A stretch of DNA of 32,000 nt, from positions 1,500,001 to 1,532,000 of the forward strand of contig NZ_LN831024.1 in assembly GCF_001457615.1 (NCBI RefSeq), in the 5' to 3' direction. This document shows positions 18,703-28,852 of this stretch, piece by piece. Origin of the DNA: Pseudomonas aeruginosa. GTDB taxonomy: Bacteria; Pseudomonadota; Gammaproteobacteria; Pseudomonadales; Pseudomonadaceae. Both the position numbers and the translations under genes were made by a program. Every line of letters begins with the position of its first letter. Position 1 is the stretch's first letter. The notes under the pieces were generated by a model, which was given only the letters and a program-made list of their open reading frames with translations, was not told the DNA's origin and searched no databases.

Positions 18703-20265
18703 TCAGAACTGGAAGTAGAGGAATGGCGAGTAGCTCTGCGCGGAGAGCTTCAGCACCGAGGCGGCGAACAGCAGGAGCAGCGCCAGGCGGGTGGCCAGGA
18801 CGGGCAACTGGCTGAGCCAGCTCGGCTGGTAGACCAGCGCGCCGCTCGGCGAGTAGGCGATCGCCGCCGGGTCGCCGGCGGCCTCGCGCGGGGCGCGCGG
18901 CTGGGCACTGGCCGGGCCGTCGGCGGCCACTTCGTCGCTGTTCGCCGCGGCCTTGGGCGCCTTGGTCTGCAATGGCTGGTTGTAGAACTGGCGCAGGCCG
19001 AAGAACGCCAGCACCAGGTAGGCCAGGACCAGGGTGCCGACCTGCAGGCCGGTGAGGCTGGCGCGGTTCAGTTCGGAGAGCTGCCAGGTGCCGAAGCTGA
19101 ACATGGCTTCGTACATGCGCCAGGCGACCTGCAGGTTCTCGGCGCGGAAGATCACCCAGCCGATCACCACCAGGAGGAAGGTGAACGCCCACTTCAAAGG
19201 GTTGAGCACGCGCGGCGCGGCGTTCACTCCGAGGGCCCGCTCGATCGCCAGCCACATGCCGTGCCAGGCGCCCCAGATGATGTAGGTGAAGTTGGCGCCG
19301 TGCCACAGGCCGCCGAGGAGCATGGTCAGGAACAGGTTGCGGTAGGTCTGGAAGGTGCTGCCGCGGTTGCCGCCCAGGCTGATGTAGAGGTAGTCGCGCA
19401 GCCAGGTCGACAGGCTGATGTGCCAGCGCCGCCAGAACTCGGTGATCGACTGGCTGATGTAGGGCTGGTTGAAGTTCTCCATGAAGCGGAAGCCCATCAT
19501 CAGGCCGAGGCCGATGGCCATGTCGCTGTAGCCGGAGAAGTCGAAGTAGAGCTGCGCGGTGTAGGCCAGGGCGCCGAGCCAGGCGTCGCCGGTGGTCGGG
19601 TTCTGCAGGGCGAAGCAGTGGTCGGCGAGGGCGGCCAGGGTGTCGGCGATGAACACCTTCTTGACGAAGCCCTGCATGAAGCGGGTGCAGCCTTCGGCGA
19701 ACTTGTCGACGGTGTGGGTGCGGTGGTTGAACTGGTCGACCAGGTCCTTGAAGCGCAGCACCGGGCCGGCGATCAGGTGCGGGAAGATCGCGACGAAGGC
19801 GGCGAAGTCGATCAGGTTGTGGGTCGCCGGGGTATCGCCGCGGTAGACGTCGATGATGTAGCTGATCGACTCGAAGGTGTAGAAGGAGATGCCGATCGGC
19901 AGCAGGATGTGGGTCAGCACGAACGGCTGCATGCCGAACGAGGTGATGATCTCGTTGAGGCTGTCGACGCCGAAGTTGGCGTACTTGAAGTACCCGAGCA
20001 CGCAGAGGTCGACCACCACGCCGAGGATCAGCCAGCGTTGCGCGGCCCTGGTGCGTACGCCGGCGGCGCCGATGCGCAGGCCGATCCAGTAGTTGAAGAC
20101 GGTGACCCCGGCGAACAGCAGGAGGAAGTCCACCCGCCACCAGGCGTAGAACACGTAGCTGGCGATCAGCAGCAGCAGGTTCCGGTAACGTTCGCCGCTC
20201 AGGTAGTACAGGCCGAGAAAGACCGGCAGGAACAGGAACAGGAACACGTTTGAAGAAAAGACCAT
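18703..20265 (-). CDS. algI: Alginate O-acetylation MBOAT-family membrane protein AlgI, 520 aa
   Basis: Polytopic membrane ORF with the MBOAT hallmarks WRRWHISLSTWLRDYLY and GLWHGANFTYIIWGAWHG. Confidence 0.95.
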   Translation of the reverse strand: MVFSSNVFLFLFLPVFLGLYYLSGERYRNLLLLIASYVFYAWWRVDFLLLFAGVTVFNYWIGLRIGAAGVRTRAAQRWLILGVVVDLCVLGYFKYANFGVDSLNEIITSFGMQPFVLTHILLPIGISFYTFESISYIIDVYRGDTPATHNLIDFAAFVAIFPHLIAGPVLRFKDLVDQFNHRTHTVDKFAEGCTRFMQGFVKKVFIADTLAALADHCFALQNPTTGDAWLGALAYTAQLYFDFSGYSDMAIGLGLMMGFRFMENFNQPYISQSITEFWRRWHISLSTWLRDYLYISLGGNRGSTFQTYRNLFLTMLLGGLWHGANFTYIIWGAWHGMWLAIERALGVNAAPRVLNPLKWAFTFLLVVIGWVIFRAENLQVAWRMYEAMFSFGTWQLSELNRASLTGLQVGTLVLAYLVLAFFGLRQFYNQPLQTKAPKAAANSDEVAADGPASAQPRAPREAAGDPAAIAYSPSGALVYQPSWLSQLPVLATRLALLLLFAASVLKLSAQSYSPFLYFQF

Positions 20266-20494
20266 GCCGTCTCTCTCTCTAGAGCGTCAACCATTCAGGT
20301 CGGCCCTGCCTTTCCGCGCCCTGGAGCGCTCGAGGAAAGGCGGGACGACCCGCCGTTTTCCTCCCCGCGGTGTTGCCTAAGGTGTTGCGCCCGCCCGCGT
20401 CTGTCGCGCATGGGTCGGGGTGTGGCGCCTGGTCGGCGAGCGGGGTAGAGGGGCGCGTGGCCCCCGGCCTGTGCGCCCGCTTCCCGCCACGCCC

Positions 20495-21598
20495 TCAACT
20501 TCCCCCTTCGCGGCTGAACACCCGCGTCACTTCGCCGCCGAGGCGGAAACTGTTGAACGGCTCGCGGTCCTTCTTCGCCTCGAGCATCTTCGGCTCGCAG
20601 CGGTAGAGGGCGCAGTAGGGCTCCAGCCAGGCGTACTTGTTGTCGACCTTGAGGTCGGTCATGTCCTGGTCCTCGCCGGTCTTCTCCTCGAAGGTTTCCT
20701 CGTCGTCGACTCCCTTCATCACCCGCTCGGCCAGGCGCTGCAGGGCGCCGTGGTTCTCCTGGCGCAGGTCGACGCCGTTGACCTGGGCGAACGCGGCGAT
20801 CATCGCCAGCGGTGGCAGCGCATAGTTGTGGTAGGCGAGGGCGCGCTGGCGGCGCTTGAGTTCGTTGGGCAGGAAGCCCTGCTCGTCGACCTGGTTGGCG
20901 GCGACCTTGAACTCGCTCACCGCCCAGTCGAAGAGGTCTCGGCGGTTGGTCACCACCGCGGTGGACATCACCGACCAGGCCGCCCAGTAGGAATGGTTGT
21001 TGATCTTCTTCAGCGGCAGGCCGCTCCAGTCGCGGACTACCTGGGTGCCGAGCCGGGCGAACCAGTCCTCGATTTCCCGGCTCTGCTCGGCGTGGGCCGC
21101 GAGCGGCCGCGAGCTGGAGAACTTCAGGCGCATGTAGGCGCCGGAGAGGCTGCCCAGCGCCCATTTGCGCATGGACTTGCCGGTGTGGTTGAAGTCGTCG
21201 CTCTGCAGGGCGCCGGCGCGGGCCCAGGCGCTCATCCAGTTCAGTGCGCAGGCCAGGTCGCCGTCGCGGCCGCTGCGCATGTACTGGGTGACCAGCTTGG
21301 TAGCGCCGCGCTCCATGTCGGTGATGTCCTTGATCTGCGAGCGGAAGGTCTTCTCCGCCTTGACGTTGAGGGTCGCCCGCGCCGAATCGGAGCCTTCGTA
21401 CTTGCTGGTGAAGACCAGGCTGCCGGTATACGGCGGCGGCACCGCGGGGCAGCTGCCGGCGCTGCCCTTGCGCTCGCCGACCGCCGCGTAGTAGCCGGGC
21501 GGGGGTACCAGGTCGGCGGCCTGGCTGACCTGGCTGGCGAGCAATGCCGCGGCGAGGGCACCGGGCAGGGCGATACGGATCAGGTGGGACGTTTTCAT
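20495..21598 (-). CDS. algL: Periplasmic alginate (poly-beta-D-mannuronate) lyase AlgL (PL5), 367 aa
   Basis: It has the signal peptide [27 protein letters not shown] and the conserved PL5 motif [11 protein letters not shown]. Confidence 0.95.
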
Positions 21599-21601
21599 CG
21601 T

Positions 21602-23026
21602 TTACCTCCCGGCCACCGACTGGCTGGCCTTGGCGGGCGCCGCCTGGCAGATGCTGGCCTGGACCTCCAGGCCCTGGGGCATGTCCTCCGGCGCTTCGAT
21701 TTCCAGGGAAAGGAACTGCTGGTCGGCCCAGTCGCTGTCGTTGCGCAGCTGGAAGACGTAGCGGCCGCCGGTATCGACGGCTTTCGACTGCTCGATCTTC
21801 AACTGCTCGCGGCGGCCGTTCATGTACCAGATGGTGTTCTTCAACTCGTGTACCGAAGGGTCGCTGTAGGTCACGTCGGCGACGTAGCTGCCGCTACGGA
21901 TCGGTAGCGCGGCGCTGTTCAGCAGCACCTCGTTGCGGCCCTGGCGCAGCTTGACCTTGCGGCTGAGTACGGTCTTCCGGCCGGAGCAGCCGTTGTCCAC
22001 CAGCGGCATGGCCTGGCGGTAGAAGCTCTTCTGCGCCATGTCGTAGTGGGTGGCGAATTCCCAGATGAGGATCTTCGGCGGGTTCTTGTGGAATTCCTCG
22101 CTGGTCATGTACGCCAGCAGCGAACTGTCGAAGCCGCCGCCGGACACCGCGTTGTTGAGGATGTCGGCGCCGCTGAACTCCTCCAGGAAGCCGGCGAAGT
22201 TGTAGGCCGGGCCGCTGTTGGAGGTGCCGACCAGGGCGATCTGCGGGTTGCCGCCGTCGCCGAACAGGTCGCCGCTGTCGCTGGCGCCCACCGGCTCGGT
22301 CTCGAAGCGGTCGACGTACTGGGTGGCGTAGCTGTTGCCGCAGAGTTGCGCGGCGGCCTTGTGGAAGGTGCCGAGCTTGGACAGCAGGCCGACGCGCTTG
22401 CTTTCGAACTGCTTCTTGGGGATATCCTCGAAGCCGGGCACCTGCTTCAGCGTCTCGGCCACGATCTTCGCGCTGCGCCGGGCGCCATGGGGAGTCCAGT
22501 GGTGGTCGCCCTTGAAGTAGTAGGCGTGCTCCTCCTTCTCGTCGAACAGCGGCGAGAAGTCCGGGGTCCAGATGCCGGCCTGGCGGAAGCGGGCGATGGT
22601 CGCCAGGTAGTTCTTCTTCGCCAGCTCGTAGTCGAAGCCGGCCTTTTCCGCCGGGCTGAGCTTCTCGCGGTTCACCAGGCCGCGGGTCGGCTGGTAGACC
22701 ACCACCAGCTCGATGCCCTTGCGCTTGAGTTCGTCGCGCAGTGCGCGGAGTTCGCGCCAGCCTTCGGCGCTGGTGCCGAAGTCGGTACGCAGGTCGTAGG
22801 TGGTGCGGAACAGCCAGTCGTCCTGGGCCTGCACCAGGTGGGTGAAGAAGCCCAGGTACTTGGTGTTGTAGCGCGAGTCGTCGGCGGCGGCCGGGCACAG
22901 GTTGCCGGCCGGCAGCGCCTGGTAGCTCGGCGCCGCGCCGGGGTCGGCGGCCAGGGCTGCCTGGGCCAGGCAGAGGCCGGCGGCCAGGGCGCTCAGGCGG
23001 AACAGTCGGGAAGTGCGGGTTTTCAT
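21602..23026 (-). CDS. algX: Alginate acetyltransferase / periplasmic scaffold AlgX (SGNH-like domain plus C-terminal carbohydrate-binding module), 474 aa
   Basis: It has the signal peptide MKTRTSRLFRLSALAAGLCLAQAALA. GDHHWTPHGA places Asp174 and His176, and LVGTSNS places Ser269, matching the reported catalytic triad as I recall it. Confidence 0.95.
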   Translation of the reverse strand: MKTRTSRLFRLSALAAGLCLAQAALAADPGAAPSYQALPAGNLCPAAADDSRYNTKYLGFFTHLVQAQDDWLFRTTYDLRTDFGTSAEGWRELRALRDELKRKGIELVVVYQPTRGLVNREKLSPAEKAGFDYELAKKNYLATIARFRQAGIWTPDFSPLFDEKEEHAYYFKGDHHWTPHGARRSAKIVAETLKQVPGFEDIPKKQFESKRVGLLSKLGTFHKAAAQLCGNSYATQYVDRFETEPVGASDSGDLFGDGGNPQIALVGTSNSGPAYNFAGFLEEFSGADILNNAVSGGGFDSSLLAYMTSEEFHKNPPKILIWEFATHYDMAQKSFYRQAMPLVDNGCSGRKTVLSRKVKLRQGRNEVLLNSAALPIRSGSYVADVTYSDPSVHELKNTIWYMNGRREQLKIEQSKAVDTGGRYVFQLRNDSDWADQQFLSLEIEAPEDMPQGLEVQASICQAAPAKASQSVAGR

Positions 23027-23038
23027 GCGTCTGGGTCC

Positions 23039-24670
23039 TCAGTCCTGGAGTTCGGCCTGGCTTTCCACGGGGTCGATCAGCACCGCCTTGTCCTGGCGCA
23101 CCAGCAGGTCGAGGATCTGGTCCTGCTTCTCGCCGAGAACGCCGGGCAGGCTGATGCCGGAGGATTTGGTCGGGGCGAGCATCGCCACCCGGTACAGTTC
23201 GAGGCTCAGCGGCGAATCCACCGAGAGCGGGCCGGAGCCGTTGCCGGCGAGCTTGCCGCCGACCACGATCAGCGAGACCTTGGTGTCGAATGGGTCGAGG
23301 GCGATGTTGCGGTCGGTGTTGGTGAGGTCCTTGATGTGGCCGTACACGCCGATCAGCTGGTTGCCCGCCGCGAGGTTCTCGTAGAGGCGGATGTTCACGC
23401 TGTTGCGCACGCGGATGCCGTGGCGGCGGTTGGCCAGGACCTGGTTGCCCCAGAGCAGGTTGTCGCCGCTCTCGTAGAGGGTGATGCCGTCGGAATGGTT
23501 GCGATAGACCTCGTTGTAGGCCACCAGGTTGCCCTCGCTGTTACGGTCGAGGACGATCCCGGAAAGCTTGTTCTCGTAGCTGCGGTTGTTGAAGATGAAG
23601 CTGTCGTTGACTTCCCGCGAGACGATGATGCCGTGCTTCTTCCTGGTCCCGTGGACGGTGTTGTCGGCGATGATCAGGCGGTGCGAACGGTCGTGCGGGT
23701 CGATGCCGTAGACGATGTTGTCGCGGTAGGTGTTGCCCTTCACCACCAGGTCGTCGGCCTCGTAGCAATAGAAGCCGTACCAGCTGTCGACGATGGTCGA
23801 GTCGATCACCCAGCCCTTGGGGCGCGGGCGCTTCATCTGCTTGTCCATGCCCGGGCTGTACTGCGAGATGGAGATGCCGTAGGCCTTGGAGGCGTTGTAG
23901 CCGAAGCTGGTGAAGGTGCTGTTGCTCAGGTACACCTCGGCGCCGCCCCAGGAGATCAGGAACGGGCGGAACTCGTTGGGCGTCTTGAACCAGGCCGGCT
24001 CCTTCTTCGATTCGCTCCAGCCGGTGACCTTGCTGTCGCGGACGAACAGCATGCCGTCGTTGACCAGGAACGCGCCGCGCTCCTGGGACAGGCGCAGTTC
24101 CTTGACCTGCTTGTCGATGTCGAGGGTCGCGCCCTGGCTGACCACGATCGGCAGGCGGGCGACGAACACCCCCGGCTCGACCTGTTCCAGCGCGCTGGCG
24201 GGAAGCTTGCCGGCGAGCTGGGCGAGGTTCACGTAGCCGCCTTCGATGAAGATCGCCTGGGGCATCTGGCGCTGGCGCTTGACCCATTCGGCGAGGCGGT
24301 TGCTGCCACCGGTGAACTCCTTCAGCGGCTGCTGCTGGACCATGCGCTGCACGCTGGCGCGGCCACCCGGCTTGCGCACGATCTTGGCTTCCACCGCGGC
24401 GGCGGTGTAGCCGGAGAGGTCGGGCAGTTTCGGCGGGTCCAGGTGCAACGGTTCGGCCGGCGCGGTGGTCACCGTGTAGTTGCCGGTTTCCTTCAGGCCC
24501 TGGGTCAGGCCCGGCTCGTTGCCGGCCTGCGCCGGGACCGGCTGCGGTTTCTCCACCGGCTGCGCCGCCCACGCCTGGCCGTGCAGCAGCACCGCGCCGA
24601 GCACTGCCGCGGCCAGCGGGCGCAGGCACGGGAGCCGGCGGCGGGGGATCGAAAGGGAAATGTCGGGCAT
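23039..24670 (-). CDS. algG: Periplasmic poly-mannuronate C5-epimerase AlgG (right-handed beta-helix), 543 aa
   Basis: The track ORF 23039-25924 is over-extended through algE. The start MPDISLSIPRRRLPCLRPLAAAVLGAVLLHGQAWA (signal peptide) is at 24670. It has the DPHD epimerase motif (YGIDPHDRSH) and repeated beta-helix turns (NNRSYENKLSGIVLDRNS and similar). Confidence 0.95.
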   Translation of the reverse strand: MPDISLSIPRRRLPCLRPLAAAVLGAVLLHGQAWAAQPVEKPQPVPAQAGNEPGLTQGLKETGNYTVTTAPAEPLHLDPPKLPDLSGYTAAAVEAKIVRKPGGRASVQRMVQQQPLKEFTGGSNRLAEWVKRQRQMPQAIFIEGGYVNLAQLAGKLPASALEQVEPGVFVARLPIVVSQGATLDIDKQVKELRLSQERGAFLVNDGMLFVRDSKVTGWSESKKEPAWFKTPNEFRPFLISWGGAEVYLSNSTFTSFGYNASKAYGISISQYSPGMDKQMKRPRPKGWVIDSTIVDSWYGFYCYEADDLVVKGNTYRDNIVYGIDPHDRSHRLIIADNTVHGTRKKHGIIVSREVNDSFIFNNRSYENKLSGIVLDRNSEGNLVAYNEVYRNHSDGITLYESGDNLLWGNQVLANRRHGIRVRNSVNIRLYENLAAGNQLIGVYGHIKDLTNTDRNIALDPFDTKVSLIVVGGKLAGNGSGPLSVDSPLSLELYRVAMLAPTKSSGISLPGVLGEKQDQILDLLVRQDKAVLIDPVESQAELQD

Positions 24671-24690
24671 GTCCGGTTTCCTCGCGGGGC

Positions 24691-26163
24691 TCAGAAGCGC
24701 CAGATGAAGTCGACGAAGGCGCGGTGCATGGTCGAGTCGGTGCCCGGCCCGTAGGCGTCGCCCGGCTTGAACAGGCCGCCGCGGAAGCGGATCAGCGCCG
24801 AGGGCTCGTCGACGTACTGGCTCATCGAGGCCGGCAGCAGGCCTTGCTTGAAGTACTTGGTCACCACCAGGTCGAGTTCCTGGCCGATGTCCTTCTCGCC
24901 CGGTTGCAGGGCGGCGTTGATGCCGCTGGTACCGATGTCGGAGTCGTCGTCGACGCGCCAGAACTTGTGGTAGACCAGGCTCGCGTCGTAGTCCTCGCGC
25001 AGTTGCCAGGAGCCGAACAGGGTGGCTGCCTGGAGGTTGCTCAGTTCGCCGCGGAAGGCTTCGCCGAAGCGGTGCACGCGCGAGCGGGTGCCGGTGAAGT
25101 TGGAGCGATTGCTCTCCAGCCCGGTCTGCTGGAACTGCTCCTCGCCGTCCTTGCCACCGCCGCTGCCGCGGGCGTAGCCGACGCCGGCCTTCCATTGCTC
25201 GTCGATGTTCCAGCGCAGGCCGAGGTCGACGCCGAAGGCATTGACGTCGCCGCTCTGCTTGCCGGTGGCGATGCGCCGGTCGTCGACCGTGGTGGTGGTC
25301 AGGTTGTCGCGGTCGCCGGTCAGCCAGGTGGCGCTGGCCCAGTAGTTCAGCGGCATGCTCGAACGATAGTTGTAGGCATCGCCGGTAGCCTCGATGCCGA
25401 GCCAGGTGAGCTGGCCGGTATAGGTCTTGTCGAGGTTGTCGACTTCCTCGCCGGGGCGGCGCAGGTGGCCGCTGTCGTCGGCGTGGTGGATGCGCACGCC
25501 TATGCGGTGGTGCGGCGCCCACTGGGTGGAAATGTCGCCGAACACATGGGTGCGGTCCTTGTCCTCCGGAGCCAGTTCGTCGAGGTCGGTGCGGTATTCG
25601 CTGAAACGCTGTGCGACTCCGGCGTGGGCGTTGAGCAGGGTGGTCTCGAAGCTCCAGTTCAGCGCCTCGATGTTGGTGTCCTGCCACTGGCCGCTGTCTT
25701 CCCGCAGGCGCTGGCGGCCGAAGCGCAGGTGCTCGCCGGGGTAGGCGGTGAGGCCGGCGTAGTCGACCCAGAATTCGCGTGCGGCGAGGTAGCTCTTGTC
25801 CGGCTCGCGACCGTCGTTGCGGCTGTTGTTGCCGTCGTCGGTGTCCGATTGCAGGGTGTCGGTCTCGATGGTGTCGGTGGCGGCCACCGCCTGGCCCATG
25901 AAGTAGGCGCTCCAGTCGCCCCACTGGCCGAAGGCCCAGGGCCGCAGGTCGATACCGATGTCGTTGAGGGTGCCGCCGGGAGCGGTGCCGAGGTCGCGAT
26001 CGTTTTCCGATTCGCCGGTGATCTTCACGTCCAGGCCGAAGTTCTTCGGTGCCTCGCCGCTGCCGGCGGCGAACGCCGGCGCGCCGAGCAGCAGGGCGAT
26101 GGCCAGGGACAGGGCGCGCGGCGCGAAGGACGGCCGCGGGTTGACGGAACGGGAGCTGTTCAT
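24691..26163 (-). CDS. algE: Alginate export outer-membrane beta-barrel porin AlgE, 490 aa
   Basis: The track ORF 24691-27276 is over-extended through algK. The start [33 protein letters not shown] (signal peptide) at 26163 overlaps the algK stop (ATGA). Alternating amphipathic strands and the C-terminal FIWRF are typical OMP signatures. Confidence 0.95.
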   Translation of the reverse strand: MNSSRSVNPRPSFAPRALSLAIALLLGAPAFAAGSGEAPKNFGLDVKITGESENDRDLGTAPGGTLNDIGIDLRPWAFGQWGDWSAYFMGQAVAATDTIETDTLQSDTDDGNNSRNDGREPDKSYLAAREFWVDYAGLTAYPGEHLRFGRQRLREDSGQWQDTNIEALNWSFETTLLNAHAGVAQRFSEYRTDLDELAPEDKDRTHVFGDISTQWAPHHRIGVRIHHADDSGHLRRPGEEVDNLDKTYTGQLTWLGIEATGDAYNYRSSMPLNYWASATWLTGDRDNLTTTTVDDRRIATGKQSGDVNAFGVDLGLRWNIDEQWKAGVGYARGSGGGKDGEEQFQQTGLESNRSNFTGTRSRVHRFGEAFRGELSNLQAATLFGSWQLREDYDASLVYHKFWRVDDDSDIGTSGINAALQPGEKDIGQELDLVVTKYFKQGLLPASMSQYVDEPSALIRFRGGLFKPGDAYGPGTDSTMHRAFVDFIWRF

Positions 26164-27587
26164 AGGCTTTCTGGCTCTTCTTCGTTGATCGGCGAGTCCT
26201 GGCTCTGCAGCAGGCTGACGGTGGCCTGCCAGTTGTTGCCGCGGCTCTGTTGTTCGCGCTTGAGCAATTGCTGCGCCTGGCTGCGTTCGGCCGGCGGCAG
26301 TTGCGCTTCGATCTGCCCGAGCAGGTCGCTGGCCTGCGGTACCTGCTGCTGCACGGCGAGCTGGCCGAAGACGTAGGCGTTGACCCGGTTCGGCTGGATG
26401 CCGCGGCCCTGCGACCAGAGCTGGGCCAGGGCCATGTCGGCGCTGGCCTGGCCGGCGCGGGCGGCGAGGATCAGGTGGTCGACGGCCTTCTGCGGATAGA
26501 CCTTGCCGAGGAAGCCGCGGCGGTAGATCTGCCCCAGGTAGTAGTTGGCCTGGGGTTCGCTGGCGGCGGCCTTGAGCAGGTGCCGCTCGGCCTTGCGCGG
26601 GTCCTGCGGCGCCCACTTGCCGTCGTAGTAGAGGCGCCCGAGGAGCAGTTCGGCGCGTGGCTGGGCGGCGTCCTGGGCGTTCTTCAGGTAGCCGAGCATC
26701 TTTTCCAGGTCGCCCTGGTCGGGATAGTCGTAGAGCAGCTTGGCCAGGCTGACCCAGGCCGCGGGGTAGCTCGGCGCGATCTCTTCCAGCAGCGCCTGGG
26801 CGGTCTGCGGGTCGGGCTGGCCGAGTTCGCCGTCGGCGAGCACCCCGGCCACCGAGTCGACCCGCTCGCCGGGCACCCGGCCGGCCTTGTAGGCGGCGCG
26901 CAGCTGTTCGAGCAGGACCTTCTGCTTTTCCGCGTTGCCCTGCATCTGGTAGACCGTGGCCAGTTCGTACCAGCACACGTCCATGCGCCGCAGCCAGCGC
27001 TGGCAGACCTGCTCGATCTCGCCCAGGTGCTGGGCGTAGGTGCCCTGGGTGCGGTAGAGGATGATCTGCGCCAGGTCGGCCTGCGGCAGTCCGCGCGCGC
27101 GCCACTGGTCGATGCGCTGCTGCGGGTCGATTTCCGGCCAGGACTGCGGGTACTGCAGGTAGAGCACGATGAGCGGCACCAGGGCACTGTCCTCGCCCTG
27201 TTCGAAGGCCTGGCTGAGCAGGCGCTCGGCCTCGCGGTGCTCGGCGTCGCTGGCGCCGGGCTTGGCCGCCAGCCACTTGCCAAGGCGCGCGCGGGCCCGC
27301 GGCGAGGTCTGCGCGGCCTCGCGGTAGAGCTTTTCGGCCTTGGCCTGCTGGGCGCTGTCGCCGCTGGCGACCTGCATGTCGGCGAGGCCGACCTGGGCGT
27401 CGGCGTAACCCATCGCGGCCAGGGCCTGGTAGTTGCTCTGGGCGGTGGCGAGGTCGCCGCGCTCCAGGGCCTCCTGGGCCAGGCGCTGGTCGGGCAGTCC
27501 GGCGCAGCCGGCGGCCAGGGCGATGGCCGAGGCCAGCAGCAGGTGCCGGGACGCCAGGGGCAGGGGAGGGAGGATGGGCATCTTCAT
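26160..27587 (-). CDS. algK: Alginate secretion lipoprotein AlgK (TPR/Sel1-like repeats), 475 aa
   Basis: It has a signal peptide with the lipobox LAAGC ([12 protein letters not shown]). Repeated Ala/Tyr/Leu-rich helical repeats ([15 protein letters not shown]) are typical of Sel1/TPR proteins. Confidence 0.93.
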   Translation of the reverse strand: MKMPILPPLPLASRHLLLASAIALAAGCAGLPDQRLAQEALERGDLATAQSNYQALAAMGYADAQVGLADMQVASGDSAQQAKAEKLYREAAQTSPRARARLGKWLAAKPGASDAEHREAERLLSQAFEQGEDSALVPLIVLYLQYPQSWPEIDPQQRIDQWRARGLPQADLAQIILYRTQGTYAQHLGEIEQVCQRWLRRMDVCWYELATVYQMQGNAEKQKVLLEQLRAAYKAGRVPGERVDSVAGVLADGELGQPDPQTAQALLEEIAPSYPAAWVSLAKLLYDYPDQGDLEKMLGYLKNAQDAAQPRAELLLGRLYYDGKWAPQDPRKAERHLLKAAASEPQANYYLGQIYRRGFLGKVYPQKAVDHLILAARAGQASADMALAQLWSQGRGIQPNRVNAYVFGQLAVQQQVPQASDLLGQIEAQLPPAERSQAQQLLKREQQSRGNNWQATVSLLQSQDSPINEEEPESL

Positions 27588-27600
27588 GGTCGGGTACCGG

Positions 27601-28770
27601 TCAGCGAGCGGTGGCCAGGGTCACGGCCTTGTTCAGCAGGGTGCGGCCGGGCAGGCCGCCGATGCTGACCTCGGCCGGGCGGCCGGCGTACTGGGCGTCG
27701 AGCGGCTGGTCGGGCTGGATCTGCACGCGGATTTCCGAGGACAGGTCGCCGTCCACCGGCGCGGTGTTGACGATGCGGCCGCTGCGGTTGACGCCGTCGC
27801 CGGCGACCTGGAAGTTCACCCGGGTGCCCGGCGCCAGCTCGGCGGCGTTGCGGTAGGGGAAGCGTGCCTCGATGCTGGCCACGCTGTCGCGCGGCGCGAG
27901 GGTGAAGATCACCTGGCCCTTGTTGGCGTATTGCCCGTCGGCTACCAGTTGCTGGACCACGCGGCAGTCGCAGGGGCTGGTCAGGGTCCCTTTCATCTGG
28001 TGGCCGAAGAGCTTCTCGATGTTGCCCGGGTTGAGCTGCTCCTCGGTCAGGTTGCCCTTGAGCATGTCCAGCAGGTTGGCCGAGAAGGTAGCGATCGGCG
28101 CGCCTTTGGCGACTTCCGCGTTGGGCCCGAGAAGGCTCTGCACGGTGCCCTCGCGGGGCATGGTGATCTGCTGGTTGGGGACGCTGACCACGCCGGAATC
28201 GGCATGGGTGACGAAGTACAGGTTGTACATCTGGTTGAGGATGAAGGCGAAGGCGCCGACTCCGACGACGAAGATCGCGGTGCTCAGGGTCACCGCCCGG
28301 ACCCGGCCGAAGAAGCCCATCCCGCCGTTGCCGCCGCCCTGCTTGCGGGCCTTGGTGAAGTTCTCGCGCTGGAGGGTATTGAGCATGTCGCCGACGCCGA
28401 TCACCTCGCCGGCCAGGTAGGAGGTGATCAGGTAGCGCAGGGCCGCCACCTCGCGCGGCTTGAGGTTCTGGAACTCGCAGCCGACGCGGCGGCTGGCGGG
28501 GTCCACCGAGCGCACCTGGAACTCCACTTCGAGGGAAAAGCTGATGCTGTCGACCTGGAACAGCAGCTTGCCCTTGTACAGGTCGCCGGGCTGGATCGGC
28601 GCGCCGCTCGCGGTGAAGGCGAAGCCGCCGGCGGAGAGATCCAGCAGGCGTGCGTCGACGCCTTCGCGGTTGGCGCCGATGTAGCGGATGCGCGCCGGCA
28701 GCTTGACCCGGGCGAACTGGCGCTGGGCTTCGGATTCGTGCACGACGTTGACGTTGACGGCTGTATTCAT
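27601..28770 (-). CDS. alg44: c-di-GMP-binding alginate co-polymerase Alg44 (N-terminal PilZ, TM helix, C-terminal membrane-fusion-protein-like domain), 389 aa
   Basis: The start is taken at MNTAVNVNVVHESEAQRQFAR (28770); the track ORF has 8 extra codons. The PilZ motifs RQFAR (Arg17..Arg21) and DLSAGG are present. One central hydrophobic helix and an HlyD-like C-terminal half follow. Confidence 0.93.
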   Translation of the reverse strand: MNTAVNVNVVHESEAQRQFARVKLPARIRYIGANREGVDARLLDLSAGGFAFTASGAPIQPGDLYKGKLLFQVDSISFSLEVEFQVRSVDPASRRVGCEFQNLKPREVAALRYLITSYLAGEVIGVGDMLNTLQRENFTKARKQGGGNGGMGFFGRVRAVTLSTAIFVVGVGAFAFILNQMYNLYFVTHADSGVVSVPNQQITMPREGTVQSLLGPNAEVAKGAPIATFSANLLDMLKGNLTEEQLNPGNIEKLFGHQMKGTLTSPCDCRVVQQLVADGQYANKGQVIFTLAPRDSVASIEARFPYRNAAELAPGTRVNFQVAGDGVNRSGRIVNTAPVDGDLSSEIRVQIQPDQPLDAQYAGRPAEVSIGGLPGRTLLNKAVTLATAR

Positions 28771-28852
28771 GGTGTCGGGTCCTGTTCGGTCCAATCTGGG
28801 TCGATTTGCGCGCGGGCCGCGGCCCTGGCGTTGTCCGTAGTCGATTCGGTGG

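Noticed and set aside
20270-20284. TC/GA dinucleotide repeat before algI, considered as a phase-variable slipped-strand switch
   Set aside because: There are only about 5-6 repeat units and the tract is in an untranslated region, so slippage would not shift a reading frame. It is retained only as a comment on the unusual RBS within the algL-algI spacer finding.
27601-28794. Longer Alg44 (397 aa, start MDRTGPDT) and longer AlgD (439 aa, start MNAM), taken at face value from the ORF track
   Set aside because: The downstream ATGs (28770 and 31788) have better SD spacing; GAGGTG precedes algD. They also give the lengths I recall for the reference proteins (389 and 436 aa). The extra codons add no recognisable sequence. 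The alg8 start (30346 versus 30337) remains genuinely ambiguous.
28771-28852. 12-nt perfect palindrome GGGCCGCGGCCC (28814-28825) in the alg8-alg44 spacer
   Set aside because: Short GC-only palindromes of this kind are frequent by chance in GC-rich DNA. There is no flanking U-tract, repeat or A-rich motif, so the evidence is insufficient for a feature.
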